A stretch of 63,620 nt of DNA, filler included, from Octopus bimaculoides (lineage: Eukaryota), in NCBI RefSeq assembly GCF_001194135.2. It is 7 parts of 7 records of this genome, joined end to end, with 100 filler letters (N's around TTAATTAATTAA, not from the genome) between each part and the next. Parts side by side here need not be neighbours in the genome. Positions count along the whole stretch, not along the records: positions 39,568 to 55,396 come from NC_069008.1; positions 55,497 to 58,147 come from NW_026333093.1; positions 58,248 to 62,416 come from NC_068988.1; positions 62,517 to 63,620 come from NW_026376682.1; 3 more parts are not named here. One strand, 5' to 3'. Position 1 is the stretch's first letter. Each line of letters opens with the position of its first letter. Made by a program: the position numbers and the translations under genes. Below are positions 52,134 to 63,620 of the stretch, one piece after another. The notes beneath the pieces are model-generated. The model saw only the letters and a program-made list of their open reading frames with translations, searched no databases and was not told the DNA's origin.

Positions 52134-52964
52134 TACAGATGCACTTAATAGTACAGAGCATTCAGCCGATATCTGAAGGGTATGAGGTTCAATTCCCCAT
52201 AGCCACCTGCTGGTAAATTATTTTTCATCTTCTAAGGGTAGATGCCCAATCTTTCTTGGCTGTTTTCACAGCTATACTGCATTTAAAATTTACTTGCTTA
52301 CATGCACACATACACACATATATTTATGCATACATACACACATTGTGTGAAGGTGCATAGCTCATTACAATTCACATCTCACTCCTCTGTCTCCTCTACA
52401 CTCATCCCAGCACTATTCTCTCTTCTTTTCTCTTCATCACCTTATGAACTTTCTAAACTCTCTGACGAAGCCCAGAAACACACCCAAGTACCTTAAACTT
52501 ATCTACCAAATACTTCAGTTCACTGAAGGAATAGAAGTTAAGTGGGATACTATGACCTCTTGGCTAAAACAGCTGTAAGAAATTATTCTACTCTCTATTT
52601 TCTACGTTATATATTTTAATAATTACTGGTATTTTTATATATGTAAAGCATAATATGTTATACATGTATGTATATTGTTATAATTGTTTTGTTTTTTTAA
52701 TAAATAAATAGACATAATATAATGTCTAAAAGTTGATGAATACCACCTCTTGATCCCCTCCATTTTTCTTATTGCTGTATAAATTAAGGGTAAAAAAAAG
52801 TTTTTACCCTCACCCATCTATTACATTCAGTTGTATAATTGCCATGCAATGAAAAAACACTTGTGTATTAATAATTGGGTATTCTACCAGCAGTATATTG
52901 GATAGATGTTATCCCTTAGTTGGTTGGATTCACAACCTCTAACTCTCTTGGAATTATATATACA

Positions 52965-53084
<120 letters not shown>

Positions 53085-53266
53085 CGTATATATATACATA
53101 TACGTATATACAAAAGATATATATATATATATACATATATATATATGTGTGTGTGTGTATACATGTATATCTATACATATACATGTATACACATACATCT
53201 ATACATATACAATATATGTATAAATACATATTTATTTGCAGATGTATATACATATATATATATACA

Positions 53267-53318
<52 letters not shown>

Positions 53319-53559
53319 TGTATATATGTGAGATAATAGTTTCAGTATTAATAATGAAGCTATTAGAATTGAAAGTATTATCTCACACTACATTAGAGAT
53401 GCTATACACACACAGAGTTTATATGGAAGATCAGATTTTGAAATATGCACATCACAAACAGGAATGACAGAATAGAAAATGGTTATTTCCAAAGGATTTG
53501 AGCTGTAATTTTGCACGAGCACACAAGAAGAAATAATATAGTTCATACAGAACTTTTAA

Positions 53560-53990
53560 CAAGAGTGTGTGTGTGTGTGTATATGTTTGTGCACAGGAGT
53601 TACATCAACATTATTGAAGACACAACATACAAGTTCAAATCAGGACAGATTTTTACTGTAAAAAAAAATCATTGTACATGTTTTTCAAGGAATTTAATAT
53701 ATACTATCAGATGTCAAGGATGCAACGAAGATTATATTGGTCAAACAAAGCTTACTCTAATAGACTGATCATTCACCGACAACAAATATGAGACCCCAGT
53801 ACTAGACAGATTCCACTGAGTGGCCACACAGACATATGTGCAGAAAGTAAGTCCTCCAAATTCCAGGTCTTCCCACTCTACCTATGTTCAGTGAATACTA
53901 CAGATGAAGCATGGATAAAAAATTTTTTTAAATACTTCCATGCAAAAGTACAAACCAAGACTTAACAAACTTTAACAGAGTACATACACA
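53560..53990 (+). mobile_element. PLE GIY-YIG endonuclease C-terminal fragment (normal motif spacing)
   Basis: NLIYTIRCQGCNEDYIGQTK, then frameshifted HRQQI..RQIPLSGH..C..KFQVFPLY. Confidence 0.8.
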
Positions 53991-54729
53991 AATGACTATT
54001 CACACACAAAACTCATTCTGCCACTTAACATGAGGAACCTACCAACCTAAATTTTAGCCACTGGACTACATACAAACGTCTCCTATCCACTCTCCTGCCA
54101 GGTAGATTAGATTGGCCATAATTTTCGGCACAAAATATACTGAAACATGACACTAATGCACAGATGTAGCAGGTAATGTACAAAAGATTCTAAACTTAAT
54201 CATGTGTTCATTCTCTACAACACTTGACAGAAATCATTCAGAGCACTGATTGTTTGATACTGTCGCTTGACATGTTCAGTCAACCATGTCAGCATTAACT
54301 TATGATGTCAAACATTGTCACTTGATACTAACACATGGACATAGCAGGGAACCTACAAAAATTTCTAAGACTAGTCCTGTGACTATCCTCTACTAATCAA
54401 GCCTTATTCAAAACATATACTAATTTGATCCATGTACTCCCTATAAAAATAAGACAAGCTTCAAACACTAGTCAGAAGCAAGACAACTGCAACATAAACT
54501 TCGTCTTTCTACTTGAACCTTTTGAAAATCAGTGTAAACTGTGAAACTGGTTAAATCTTTAAATATAATTTTAAAAAATTTTTTAACTAATCTCAATGCA
54601 TTTTCAGCTTCTATTTTCTCTATATTTCTACCCATGGAGAATAAAATAACTTTGTTTTGCATGTGTGTGTGTGTGCGTGTGTGTAGTTGGCTAAATCGAT
54701 AAGTACATGCATATATGTATATAGTAATA

Positions 54730-54970
54730 GATGCGCCCTAGCCAGGCTCATGGGCCCAGTTTCCCGGTTTCAATGGCGTATGTGTTCCCCAGCTGGACGG
54801 GACACCAGTCCATCACAACATTACTCATTTTTGCCAGCTGAGTGGACTGGAGCAACATGAAGCAAAGTGTTTTGCTCAAGAACACAACACGTCGCCCGGT
54901 CCAGGAATCGAAACCACAATCTTATGATCATGAGGCTGACACCCTAACCACTAAGCCACGTGCCTCCACA
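54730..54970 (-). mobile_element. tRNA-derived SINE family D (A-like head, different body)
   Basis: GGAGGCACGTGGCTTAGTGGTTAGG...TTCGATTCC...TTGAGCAAAACAC...CTCCAGTCCACTCAGCTG; related to 47808-48030, 6895-7040 and 10650-10767. Confidence 0.8.
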
Positions 54971-55024
54971 CATGCATATATAATATACATTTATTTAGAC
55001 ATGCATATTGTGAGTGGGGTAAGA

Positions 55025-55190
55025 AGCTTGCTGTGTGGTAAGAAGCTTGGTTCCCAACCATAGGGTTCTGGGTTCAGTCCCACTGCATGGCACCTTGGGC
55101 AAGTGTCTTCGACTATAGCCTCAGGGCAACCAAAGCCCTGTGGCTGGATTCGGTAGACAAAAACTAACAGAAGCCCATCATATATATATA
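55025..55190 (+). mobile_element. SINE family B, 5' half
   Basis: B head through GAAGCCC. Confidence 0.75.
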
Positions 55191-55194
55191 CATC

Positions 55195-55396
55195 AACATT
55201 AGCGAAGAAGATGTACTACTAGCTATACATGAAGTGGACACAAACTCAATTGCTGGCCCTGATGGTTTCCCAGCAATCCTCCTTAAATCGTGTAAGCATG
55301 CCCTGGTAAAACCCCTCCAGATCCTCTTCCAGAGCTTTCTCGCAAACGGAAGACTGCCAAGCAAGCTGAAGGAGGGAATAATATGCCCAATCCATA
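55195..55396 (+). mobile_element. CR1-like LINE RT N-terminal fragment
   Basis: AGPDGFPAILLKSC..LVKPL.ILF..G.LP..LK...ICPIH; ends at an N gap. Confidence 0.8.
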
Positions 55397-55512
55397 NNNN
55401 NNNNNNNNNNNNNNNNNNNNNNNNNNNNNNNNNNNNNNNNTTAATTAATTAANNNNNNNNNNNNNNNNNNNNNNNNNNNNNNNNNNNNNNNNNNNNACAA
55501 AAATTCAATAGG

Positions 55513-55607
55513 TTATAGCAGTACGTACGTTTCGTACAAGCTCCATTTATTCATGTAGTGAGAGCACCACAGAAAATACAATGAAAATGTACTCCTCAGC
55601 TGCATAA
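55513..55607 (-). ncRNA. Type I hammerhead ribozyme motif, inverted copy with intact core
   Basis: Reverse complement of 55734-55828. The one difference I found lies in the distal stem II loop (gtggtgctct vs gtggtgttct). Confidence 0.83.
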
Positions 55608-55733
55608 TGGAATTTCATTTTAGAAAGTCATTTTGAAGATGTTTGAAACAGCAGCATAGTCGACATGTGTTTTTTTCTCTTACTCTTGTTTTTTGCAAAC
55701 ATCTTCAAAATGACTTTCTAAAATGAAATTCCA

Positions 55734-55828
55734 TTATGCAGCTGAGGAGTACATTTTCATTGTATTTTCTGTGGTGTTCTCACTACATGAATAAATGGAG
55801 CTTGTACGAAACGTACGTACTGCTATAA
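55734..55828 (+). ncRNA. Type I hammerhead ribozyme motif with intact core
   Basis: Stem I TTATGCAG / CTGC(T)ATAA; CTGAGGA at 55742-55748; stem II GTACA...TGTAC; GAAA at 55808-55811; palindromic stem III ACGTACGT; GUA triplet, with predicted cleavage after 55819. Confidence 0.85.
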
Positions 55829-55855
55829 CCTATTGAATTTTTGTTGCTTATCTTC

Positions 55856-55938
<83 letters not shown>

Positions 55939-56050
55939 CATATACATATATAGTAAATCCCAAAAGAAGAACGAGCACAAAAAAACTTAACAACGCGAGG
56001 ACGTGGTACATGTAATGTGTTAGCAGACGCTCAAGGAAGGGAAGAAAGAC

Positions 56051-56090
56051 GGTTTTAACGTTTTGAGCAACGCTCTTCTTCAGAAACAGA
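56051..56090 (-). ncRNA. Degenerate minimal hammerhead-like motif
   Basis: GTTT-CTGAAGA-A-GAGC-GTT-GCTC-AAAA-CGTT-AAAAC. The G of GAAA is replaced by A. Confidence 0.45.
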
Positions 56091-56149
56091 GGAAAGACTA
56101 ATAGATAGGAAGACGGTGGAAGAAAATCGCCAACGATTCACATTTTGTT

Positions 56150-56345
56150 TATGTGTTTAATTATTTGGGTCTTGAGAGACACCAGTGGTGTCTTGAGCCC
56201 GCTTCTGTTTCTAGTCTATATTAATGAAATTTCAAGCGTCATAAAGCAGAGCAAAGTAAAAATATCCGCCGATGACTCTAACCTCCATAAAATTATCAAC
56301 GGAGAAGGACAAACTGAATTCCAGTCTGATCTACATTTTGGAAGT
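56150..56345 (+). mobile_element. CR1-like LINE RT core fragment
   Basis: GVLSPLLFLVYINEI...SADDSNL (degenerate YADD motif). Confidence 0.75.
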
Positions 56346-56369
56346 CAATGATCAGATGAAAACAAAATG

Positions 56370-57291
56370 CATTCAGTAACAACTTTAGCTGTGTGAATTG
56401 ATGTATCATCTTCCCGAAAGATTGCGTTTCCCTCTCGAAACATCTCCGAAGACATAGGAGGAATTTGCTCAGATAAAATACTTAAATAATCTTGAGTATT
56501 AATTCTGCCATGAAGAGAAACCATTAGACCGGTGGACTTCCAAAACATAGCACCCCATCACCAGATCATCCCAGATTCCCATCCATGTTTAACAGTTGGA
56601 AGACCGCCGTTTGGGTCAAATGCTCCTTTTGGCTTTCTCCACAAGTATACTCGATCGGTGGATGGAAATAAGGTAAAGGACGACTCGTCCGAGAAAATAA
56701 CATTCTTCTACTGCTCTAGGGACCAATCCTATAGGTTTTTACTCCACTCTAAATGCTTTGCAACGCTTGTTTTGAAAGTAGTGGTTTTCTTATTGCAGCC
56801 CTCCCGAGAAATCCGGCTTTGTGCAGCTCCTGACGAACAGTGTTTATGGAAACTGAGTTCTCGAGGTGGTCATTAACCTCTGCAGTAATTTTGGGAGCTG
56901 AACTTTTGTGATCGTTTCTAAGAATTCGCTTAACAGCCCGAGAGTCCCTATCTTAAAAACTTTCGTTTTCTTCCGGGGTTTTGTTTCGACGAGGTGGTTT
57001 TGCCCTCTTTCTCAAAGTCTGTCATTACTTTCGAGACAGTATTTCTTGATACACCAAACATTTCGGCTGTTTTCGTTACGCTAGCGCCTGCCATACGAGC
57101 ACCAACAATTTGACCTCTTTGAAAGTCCGATACATCTGTCATTTTAATGAATTTTAATTACATTTTTCTGTAAGCAGCACTAATAATAAATAAAAAAAAC
57201 CAAAAATAAACAAGCTTTTGACGATTTTACTGATATTTCAAAATTATGATGCTACGATGCTAGGTGTTTCCACTATTTTGCCCTACCCCTG
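56370..57291 (-). mobile_element. Tc1-like DNA transposon, 3'-truncated
   Basis: Terminus CAGGGGTAGGGCAAAATAGTGGAAACACC next to TA. Peptides MTDVSDFQRGQIVGARMAGASVTKTAEMFGVSR (paired-like HTH) and GNAIFREDDTSIHTAKVV. Confidence 0.88.
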
Positions 57292-57396
57292 TATATGAGC
57301 ATGTCTAGATATGTAACTATATGCATGAGAATAGATACATAAAAGTTACAAATCTACACATACATACATACATATTATAATACATAAATATATATC

Positions 57397-57436
<40 letters not shown>

Positions 57437-57437
<1 letters not shown>

Positions 57438-57620
57438 GTAATAATATGTGACACTTATTCAGTAGCCATGATAAAACTCCGAGTTTCGGATGCCAGGGTG
57501 GGAGCCCACGCCAAAACCTCTTCAGTTATCCGGCCATTGAAAATTCCTGTGAAAAATGACCTAGCATCCGAAACTCGGAGTTTTATCATGGCTACTGAAT
57601 AGGTATCACATATTTTTACA
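57437..57620. repeat. Inverted-repeat element (about 57-bp arms), PLE pLTR-like
   Basis: tgtaataatatgtgacacttattcagtagccatgataaaactccgagtttcggatgc pairs with gcatccgaaactcggagttttatcatggctactgaataggtatcacatatttttaca. Confidence 0.8.
57470..57530 (-). ncRNA. Hammerhead-like motif inside an inverted-repeat element
   Basis: GATAA-CTGAAGA-GG...CC-GAAA-CTCGGAG-TT-TTATC. Stem I GATAA/TTATC, near-palindromic stem III, GUU triplet. Confidence 0.65.
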
Positions 57621-57713
57621 GATAAATTCCTCTATTTACATAATATCGAGGTCTCTTTCTTTCTTTTGTTGTCCTTCCTATAAACATTTTTATGTATATA
57701 TATAAATTTATAT

Positions 57714-57762
<49 letters not shown>

Positions 57763-57841
57763 ATATTATATTATATATATATATATATATTATATATATA
57801 TATATATATTATATATATATCATAATATATATATATATATC

Positions 57842-57883
<42 letters not shown>

Positions 57884-58247
57884 ATCATAATTTCAGCGCG
57901 CAGAACTGAAGTCGGGCATAACGTCATATTCAACGGATGTAATACGTAAGTACTACTTTCACTGTTGCTCAATCGTGACACATACTTATACATACATACA
58001 CACACATACATACGTACACACTTATACATACATACTTATACACATTCATACATACACACATACATAAATATATGCATGCATGCATGCACGTACGCGCGCG
58101 TTAAGATAATAAACAAAAATATACACCATACAAACACCATCCAGTGANNNNNNNNNNNNNNNNNNNNNNNNNNNNNNNNNNNNNNNNNNNNTTAATTAAT
58201 TAANNNNNNNNNNNNNNNNNNNNNNNNNNNNNNNNNNNNNNNNNNNN

Positions 58248-58602
58248 ATCAGCAGATGACAACGTTTCTTTAAAAGAAATGGAAAAACTTTCAAAATTCA
58301 AAGACCTGGAAATAGAGATAATTCGAATGTGGAATCTAAAAACAGAAACAATTCCTATCATAGTAGGTGCCTTAGGTATAATAAAAAAATATTCAGACAA
58401 ATACATAACAAAAACACCAGGACTTACAAATATATATAACATACAGAAAATTGCACTACTGGGTACTGCACACATTCTACGCAAAACACTTTCAATACAG
58501 TAAACATAAGAGCACCACAGCAAACCACAGCACATACCCAAGGCGCACAGAACTGCGCTCGGTAGTGAAGTGAAAGCACGTTATAAAAATAAAACTACTG
58601 AA
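58248..58602 (+). mobile_element. R4/Dong-like non-LTR element 3' end, second copy
   Basis: MEKLSKFKDLEIEIIRMWNLKTETIPIIVGALG, the same 3' UTR and an (AAT)n tail. The 5' side is an N gap. Confidence 0.85.
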
Positions 58603-58678
58603 CAATAATAATAATAATGATAATAACAACATCGAAAAATACCTTAGGAATGAGAACCCAGGTTCAAAATCTCCTCGA

Positions 58679-58724
58679 GACACCTGAAGAAGGTTGGAGG
58701 GTATATCAGCCGAAACCTTGTGTT
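58679..58724 (+). ncRNA. Minimal hammerhead-like motif
   Basis: GACAC-CTGAAGA-A-GGTTG-loop-CAGCC-GAAA-CCTT-GTGTT. Stems I and II pair; the expected stem III G is a C. Confidence 0.5.
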
Positions 58725-59264
58725 AACAACAAACAAGATGAGGACAAATATCCGTCGAATGTAAATAATGTAAATAATGCATATATATATATATATTTAT
58801 ATGTATATATGCGTCAAAGCATGAACACAAAAAAAAGAATTTCCTCTAAGTGTTATCTTCTTTTCAACTGCAACTTTTCTTTCTCTAAGCAGTTACAACA
58901 GTGGAATCGCATTACGTCATTTTCTCTAAAATAGAACATGTACGTTACACGTTGACATCTGAAGTTTCTGTATCTCATTATTTTAATTTTTCTTTTATTA
59001 TTATTCATTCTCGAATTGGATGGACATATAGCGGTGCGTAAGCCGACTCAATAAATCTATTGATGTTCCTTAAGAGACCCAGAACGGGTCGAAACATGTG
59101 TTGTGCCCAATAAAGCCTATTACACATTCCGTCTCGTATTTCATTAATACTGTTACCCCAACCGCTACTGCGAATTTCCAGCAATAGATATACGGTTAAC
59201 AAGAAAAAATTTAAACTGTGCCGATGCTTTACTCATCATCTATTTATAAATGTGCAATTTCTTC

Positions 59265-59303
<39 letters not shown>

Positions 59304-61070
59304 GGCATGCATACGCACACCCATAGCTAGATGCATACGAATATACATACATACATGCCTTCCATCCGAGATGCATTAGGTTATGTACCAATAACTTTGC
59401 GCAAAAATCTAGAAATATTCAATTACACACTAAAAGACCAAAAGAAAGTGACTGACGCGGATTTTCCAATTCCAATCTATTAGTGGCACTTCGAAAATTC
59501 TCCATGCGAGATTCTTATATGCGTAGATGCAAACACTTGGGCGTATGCATCGACAGTCCAACAACAGATCAACTGTACTACATATTTACAAACACCGGGA
59601 GCTCTCTTGGCTCAAAAAGTCTCATTTTGTTAGCAAACGGCTTTTCAAGAAGAACCAAAATGCAACTCAAAGTAAAATCATTCTAACACACATGCGCTCA
59701 CACACACACACGTACGCATACATGCACATAAACACGTACGCATACATGCACACACACAATTAATTATATAAACGCACGTAATTAATTATATAAACACACG
59801 CAAACAATTTCACACAAAGCAATTCCTATGCATTTGCACACCTGTATGTTGCCCATACATCTTGTATTCAATTTAAACATTCGTATATTTTTGTGAATAT
59901 GAAATTGGCTTAGTATCAACTAGCCGTCTCTCTAGATGATAGAAAGGGATGCTGTATCCCAGATATATTCAACAAACTTAACCCTAATCATATAAGGCGC
60001 TCAATATTTATTTAAAAAATTACTATTTTACATTGATTTTTTTTTTTATTCTCAAAACAAAACCGAAAAGGAAATATTTATATTGAAGCTGGTTTATGAA
60101 TAATTTTATATTCAGAATAGAATTTTCATTTCTAAATAGTTGGAAACATATGGGAATATTTAAGACCAAGAAAATGTTTTTTAAAAAACTGAAAACGCAC
60201 AAACAAAACACAAAGAATTTTCAAAATATATTTTAAATTCATGGGAAATTACAAATATCAGTCTAAACTAATATTTGAATAATGAACATACATTAGTATT
60301 CTAAATTTAATCAAATGTGTTTTAGGTATAAATTAAATAAGCAGTGTTCTGTCCCTACTGGAGTTTTATACCGATCGTTTTACGATTCACCAGGGAACGT
60401 AATTTTATCATCGTCTCATAAAAACGCAAGACTGAAAGTAAGATTCTATTGTGCTTTGATATTTGTAAAGAATATATTGTTTATTCAGTTATAGCGAAAC
60501 CAATTTCATTATCAATTACACGACATTTAAATAACTTTATACTATTCTCACTCATAACAAAATTTACGATGAAATATGGTTCAGATTCTTACATATAAAG
60601 AGAAAACCCATTTTGAGTGTGTTTTTTTTCTGTGAAGGTCCTGACACATTTTAGATAAGAAAGAAACATATGGTTCTTTGATATCAATTGAGAAATTTAA
60701 TAAAGGTAATCTTTCCCTATATTGTTGGTAACATAATTCCAGTTATCTGGTAAATTGTCGATCACTTGAGCGTAAATTTCCTGAAGTTTCGAAGCGGAAA
60801 ATCGTGCAATATCATTTGATATCTATTCACATTTAACAAACTGTTTTTGCTCTAAATAGTGTCGCAATGATCTTTGAATAGTGTCCCAGTAATATCTAAA
60901 ATTGATCGCCAGACAGAGAAAATTCAAGAGAGGAAGGAAGATGAGGTGAAACTTTCATATATAATGTCATAATCTTTTCTCTGAGTGAATTGAGTAATTT
61001 GGAGTCTTGCATTACCGTGTTAGGAGCAAAACGTGCGGATTTACGATTAACCAATGTGTGTGTATGTGTA

Positions 61071-61138
<68 letters not shown>

Positions 61139-61651
61139 AATATGTGGGTGTAATGCTTCCGTTTGTAGACAATAATACTCCACATTAACTGTTTCACTTC
61201 GGCTTAACACATCATATCCAAACAAACACGGTACATAACTATGAAGGAGTCTTCAGATTTCCTCTCTCTGGGTTTGAAAAGCTTAATTTCTTAAATATAT
61301 GTATGTATGTCTGAAACAGTTAAAACATCTCTGATGCGAACCTGATAGTGTTCGAAGTCGATTAACGCTATTCATCATTTTTTCTGTCAACAGAGAATTA
61401 ATAGATAAATTTATCTCGTTTGTATATCCAGTGGTCAAACAAATTCAATCTAATTAGATGCACGTATTGAACGTATTGAAATTTCCAAGGAAATGAAAGG
61501 GAAAAACATGAAGTTAATTAAAATAGGCCATTTACCTCAAACATTTAAAACCTTAATTCTTTTTAATGTTTGTGAATACTGAAGGAAAAATTTCAACATG
61601 GTTTCTATGCGGAATATTAGGGGCGTAATGAAATTTGCGAAGGTATGGCGT

Positions 61652-61699
<48 letters not shown>

Positions 61700-61740
61700 G
61701 GAATTTATCTGTAAAAATATGACACTTATTCAGTAGCCAT

Positions 61741-61801
61741 GATAAAACTCCGAGTTTCCGATGCTATGGTGGGAGCCCACATCAACATCTCTTCAGTTAT
61801 C
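61741..61801 (-). ncRNA. Hammerhead-like motif, second copy of the 57470 family
   Basis: GATAA-CTGAAGA-GATGTTG...TAGCATC-G-GAAA-CTCGGAG-TT-TTATC. The element (about 61699-61822) is cut by a SINE at 61829. Confidence 0.6.
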
Positions 61802-61828
61802 TGGCCAATTGAAAACTCCAATATGTTT

Positions 61829-62210
61829 GTGGAGGCGCAATGGCCCAGTGGTTAGGGCAGTGGATTCGCGGTCGCCTGATCGCGGTTTCGATTCCCAGAC
61901 CGGGCGTTGTGCGTGTTTATTGAGCGAAAACAAATAATGCTCCACGAGGCTCCGGCAGGGGATTGTGGCGAACCCTGCTGTACTCTTTCACCACAACTTT
62001 CTCTCACTCTTACTTCCTGTTTCTGTTGTACTTGTATTTCAAAGGGCCAACCTTGTCACACTCTGTGTCACGCTGAATCTCCCCGAGAACTACGTAAAGT
62101 GTACACGTGTCTGTGGAATGCTCAGCCACTTGTACGTTAATTTCACGAGCAGGCTGTTCCACTGATCACATCAACTGGAACCCTTGTCGTCGTAACCGAC
62201 GGAATGCCAA
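61829..62210 (+). mobile_element. tRNA-derived SINE family A, full length
   Basis: Same head and body as 34062, followed by (ACCA)n and (ATCT)n. Confidence 0.88.
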
Positions 62211-62261
62211 ACCGACCAACCAACCAACCAACCAACCAACCTATCTGTTTATCTATTCATC

Positions 62262-62307
<46 letters not shown>

Positions 62308-62335
62308 TTATCTATCTATCTACCTACCTACCTAC

Positions 62336-62416
<81 letters not shown>

Positions 62417-62884
62417 NNNNNNNNNNNNNNNNNNNNNNNNNNNNNNNNNNNNNNNNNNNNTTAATTAATTAANNNNNNNNNNNNNNNNNNNNNNNNNNNN
62501 NNNNNNNNNNNNNNNNTATATACAATATGTATATATTGAGGCCATATCAACATCATAGTAATACATATTTCTCTCACTCACCTTCCTCTTCTTTTTCATC
62601 ACCATCATATTTTTAGTCTCACGTATTCTAAACTCCTTTCTCACGAATTCATATATATATATATATATATTCATATATACATATATATATATATATACAT
62701 ATATATATGCACATGCATATGTAAGTATATATGTATATATATGTATAATATATATACATATATACACATATATATAGATATACATAAACAGTTAAGCATC
62801 TACATACATATATATATACACATATATATATACATATACACATATATATATATACATATACAATCATATATATTAAACATACAC

Positions 62885-62939
<55 letters not shown>

Positions 62940-63059
62940 CATATATGTATTTTTTTTCTCATACGTACATACATGTGCACACGAAGACACATATATGCAT
63001 ACAAAGATATATATATTATAAATATATTTATGTGTGTGTATATGCGTGTGTGTGTACAT

Positions 63060-63090
<31 letters not shown>

Positions 63091-63407
63091 GTATATGTAT
63101 ATATGTTTGAATGCATATGCATATATAGGCATGTACATAAAGATACTTACGTTAGTGTGAAATGTATACATGTATGTTTGTGTGTGTGTGTAGATATTGT
63201 ATATATGTGTAAATATGTAAGTTCCTCTTTTATTCTCTTTCTGGATTTTCCTTTCTCCAGGGTGAAATGAAAGAAAATAAAAAGAAAAAAAAAACAAAGG
63301 AAATGACAAAGAGAAGAATGGCAGATGGAAACAGGATTAGTGAGCTGGAGGTAACGGTTTCGAACGATAGGTGGTAGTAAAATTCTAACAACAACAACAA
63401 TAACAAC

Positions 63408-63446
<39 letters not shown>

Positions 63447-63580
63447 GAAATATAGGAATTAGAATATTGATCTCAATAATATTAACTACAAATTAAACTA
63501 ACAGAAAAATCGGATTTAGATCTATTTAGTGATATTTGTAAACGTGTGTGAGTAAGTATGTATGTATGTATGTATGTATG

Positions 63581-63620
<40 letters not shown>

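Larger units (their letters stand above)
55497..55844. repeat. Foldback / long inverted repeat (149-bp arms, 50-bp spacer)
   Basis: 55497-55645 is the reverse complement of 55696-55844 with one mismatch by eye. The left arm runs into an N gap. Confidence 0.9.

Overview
AT-rich, microsatellite-saturated animal genomic DNA with many scaffold gaps. The SINE families and simple-repeat density look like a coleoid cephalopod, probably Octopus (inference). One host gene is well supported: a six-exon minus-strand mitochondrial ATP synthase inhibitor IF1 gene (ATP5IF1/ATPIF1, CDS 33943->24441, 102 aa) that I assembled by hand from GT-AG exons. The ORF track does not show it as a single ORF. The rest is a dense mobile-element landscape: at least four tRNA-derived SINE families, fragments of RTE, CR1-like, R4/Dong-like and CRE-like LINEs, a decayed full-length mariner, Tc1 and pogo/Tigger fragments, a candidate solo LTR and Penelope-like elements (PLEs). 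The most striking signals are (i) about eleven type I hammerhead-ribozyme-like motifs from several different families, including a 149-bp-arm foldback that carries two divergent ribozymes with intact catalytic cores, and (ii) a PLE whose GIY-YIG endonuclease motif is split by a 192-codon Asn/Ser-rich insert, followed by a hammerhead in its 3' trailer and joined head-to-head to a second copy. Most long ORFs in the track are microsatellite or N-gap artefacts.
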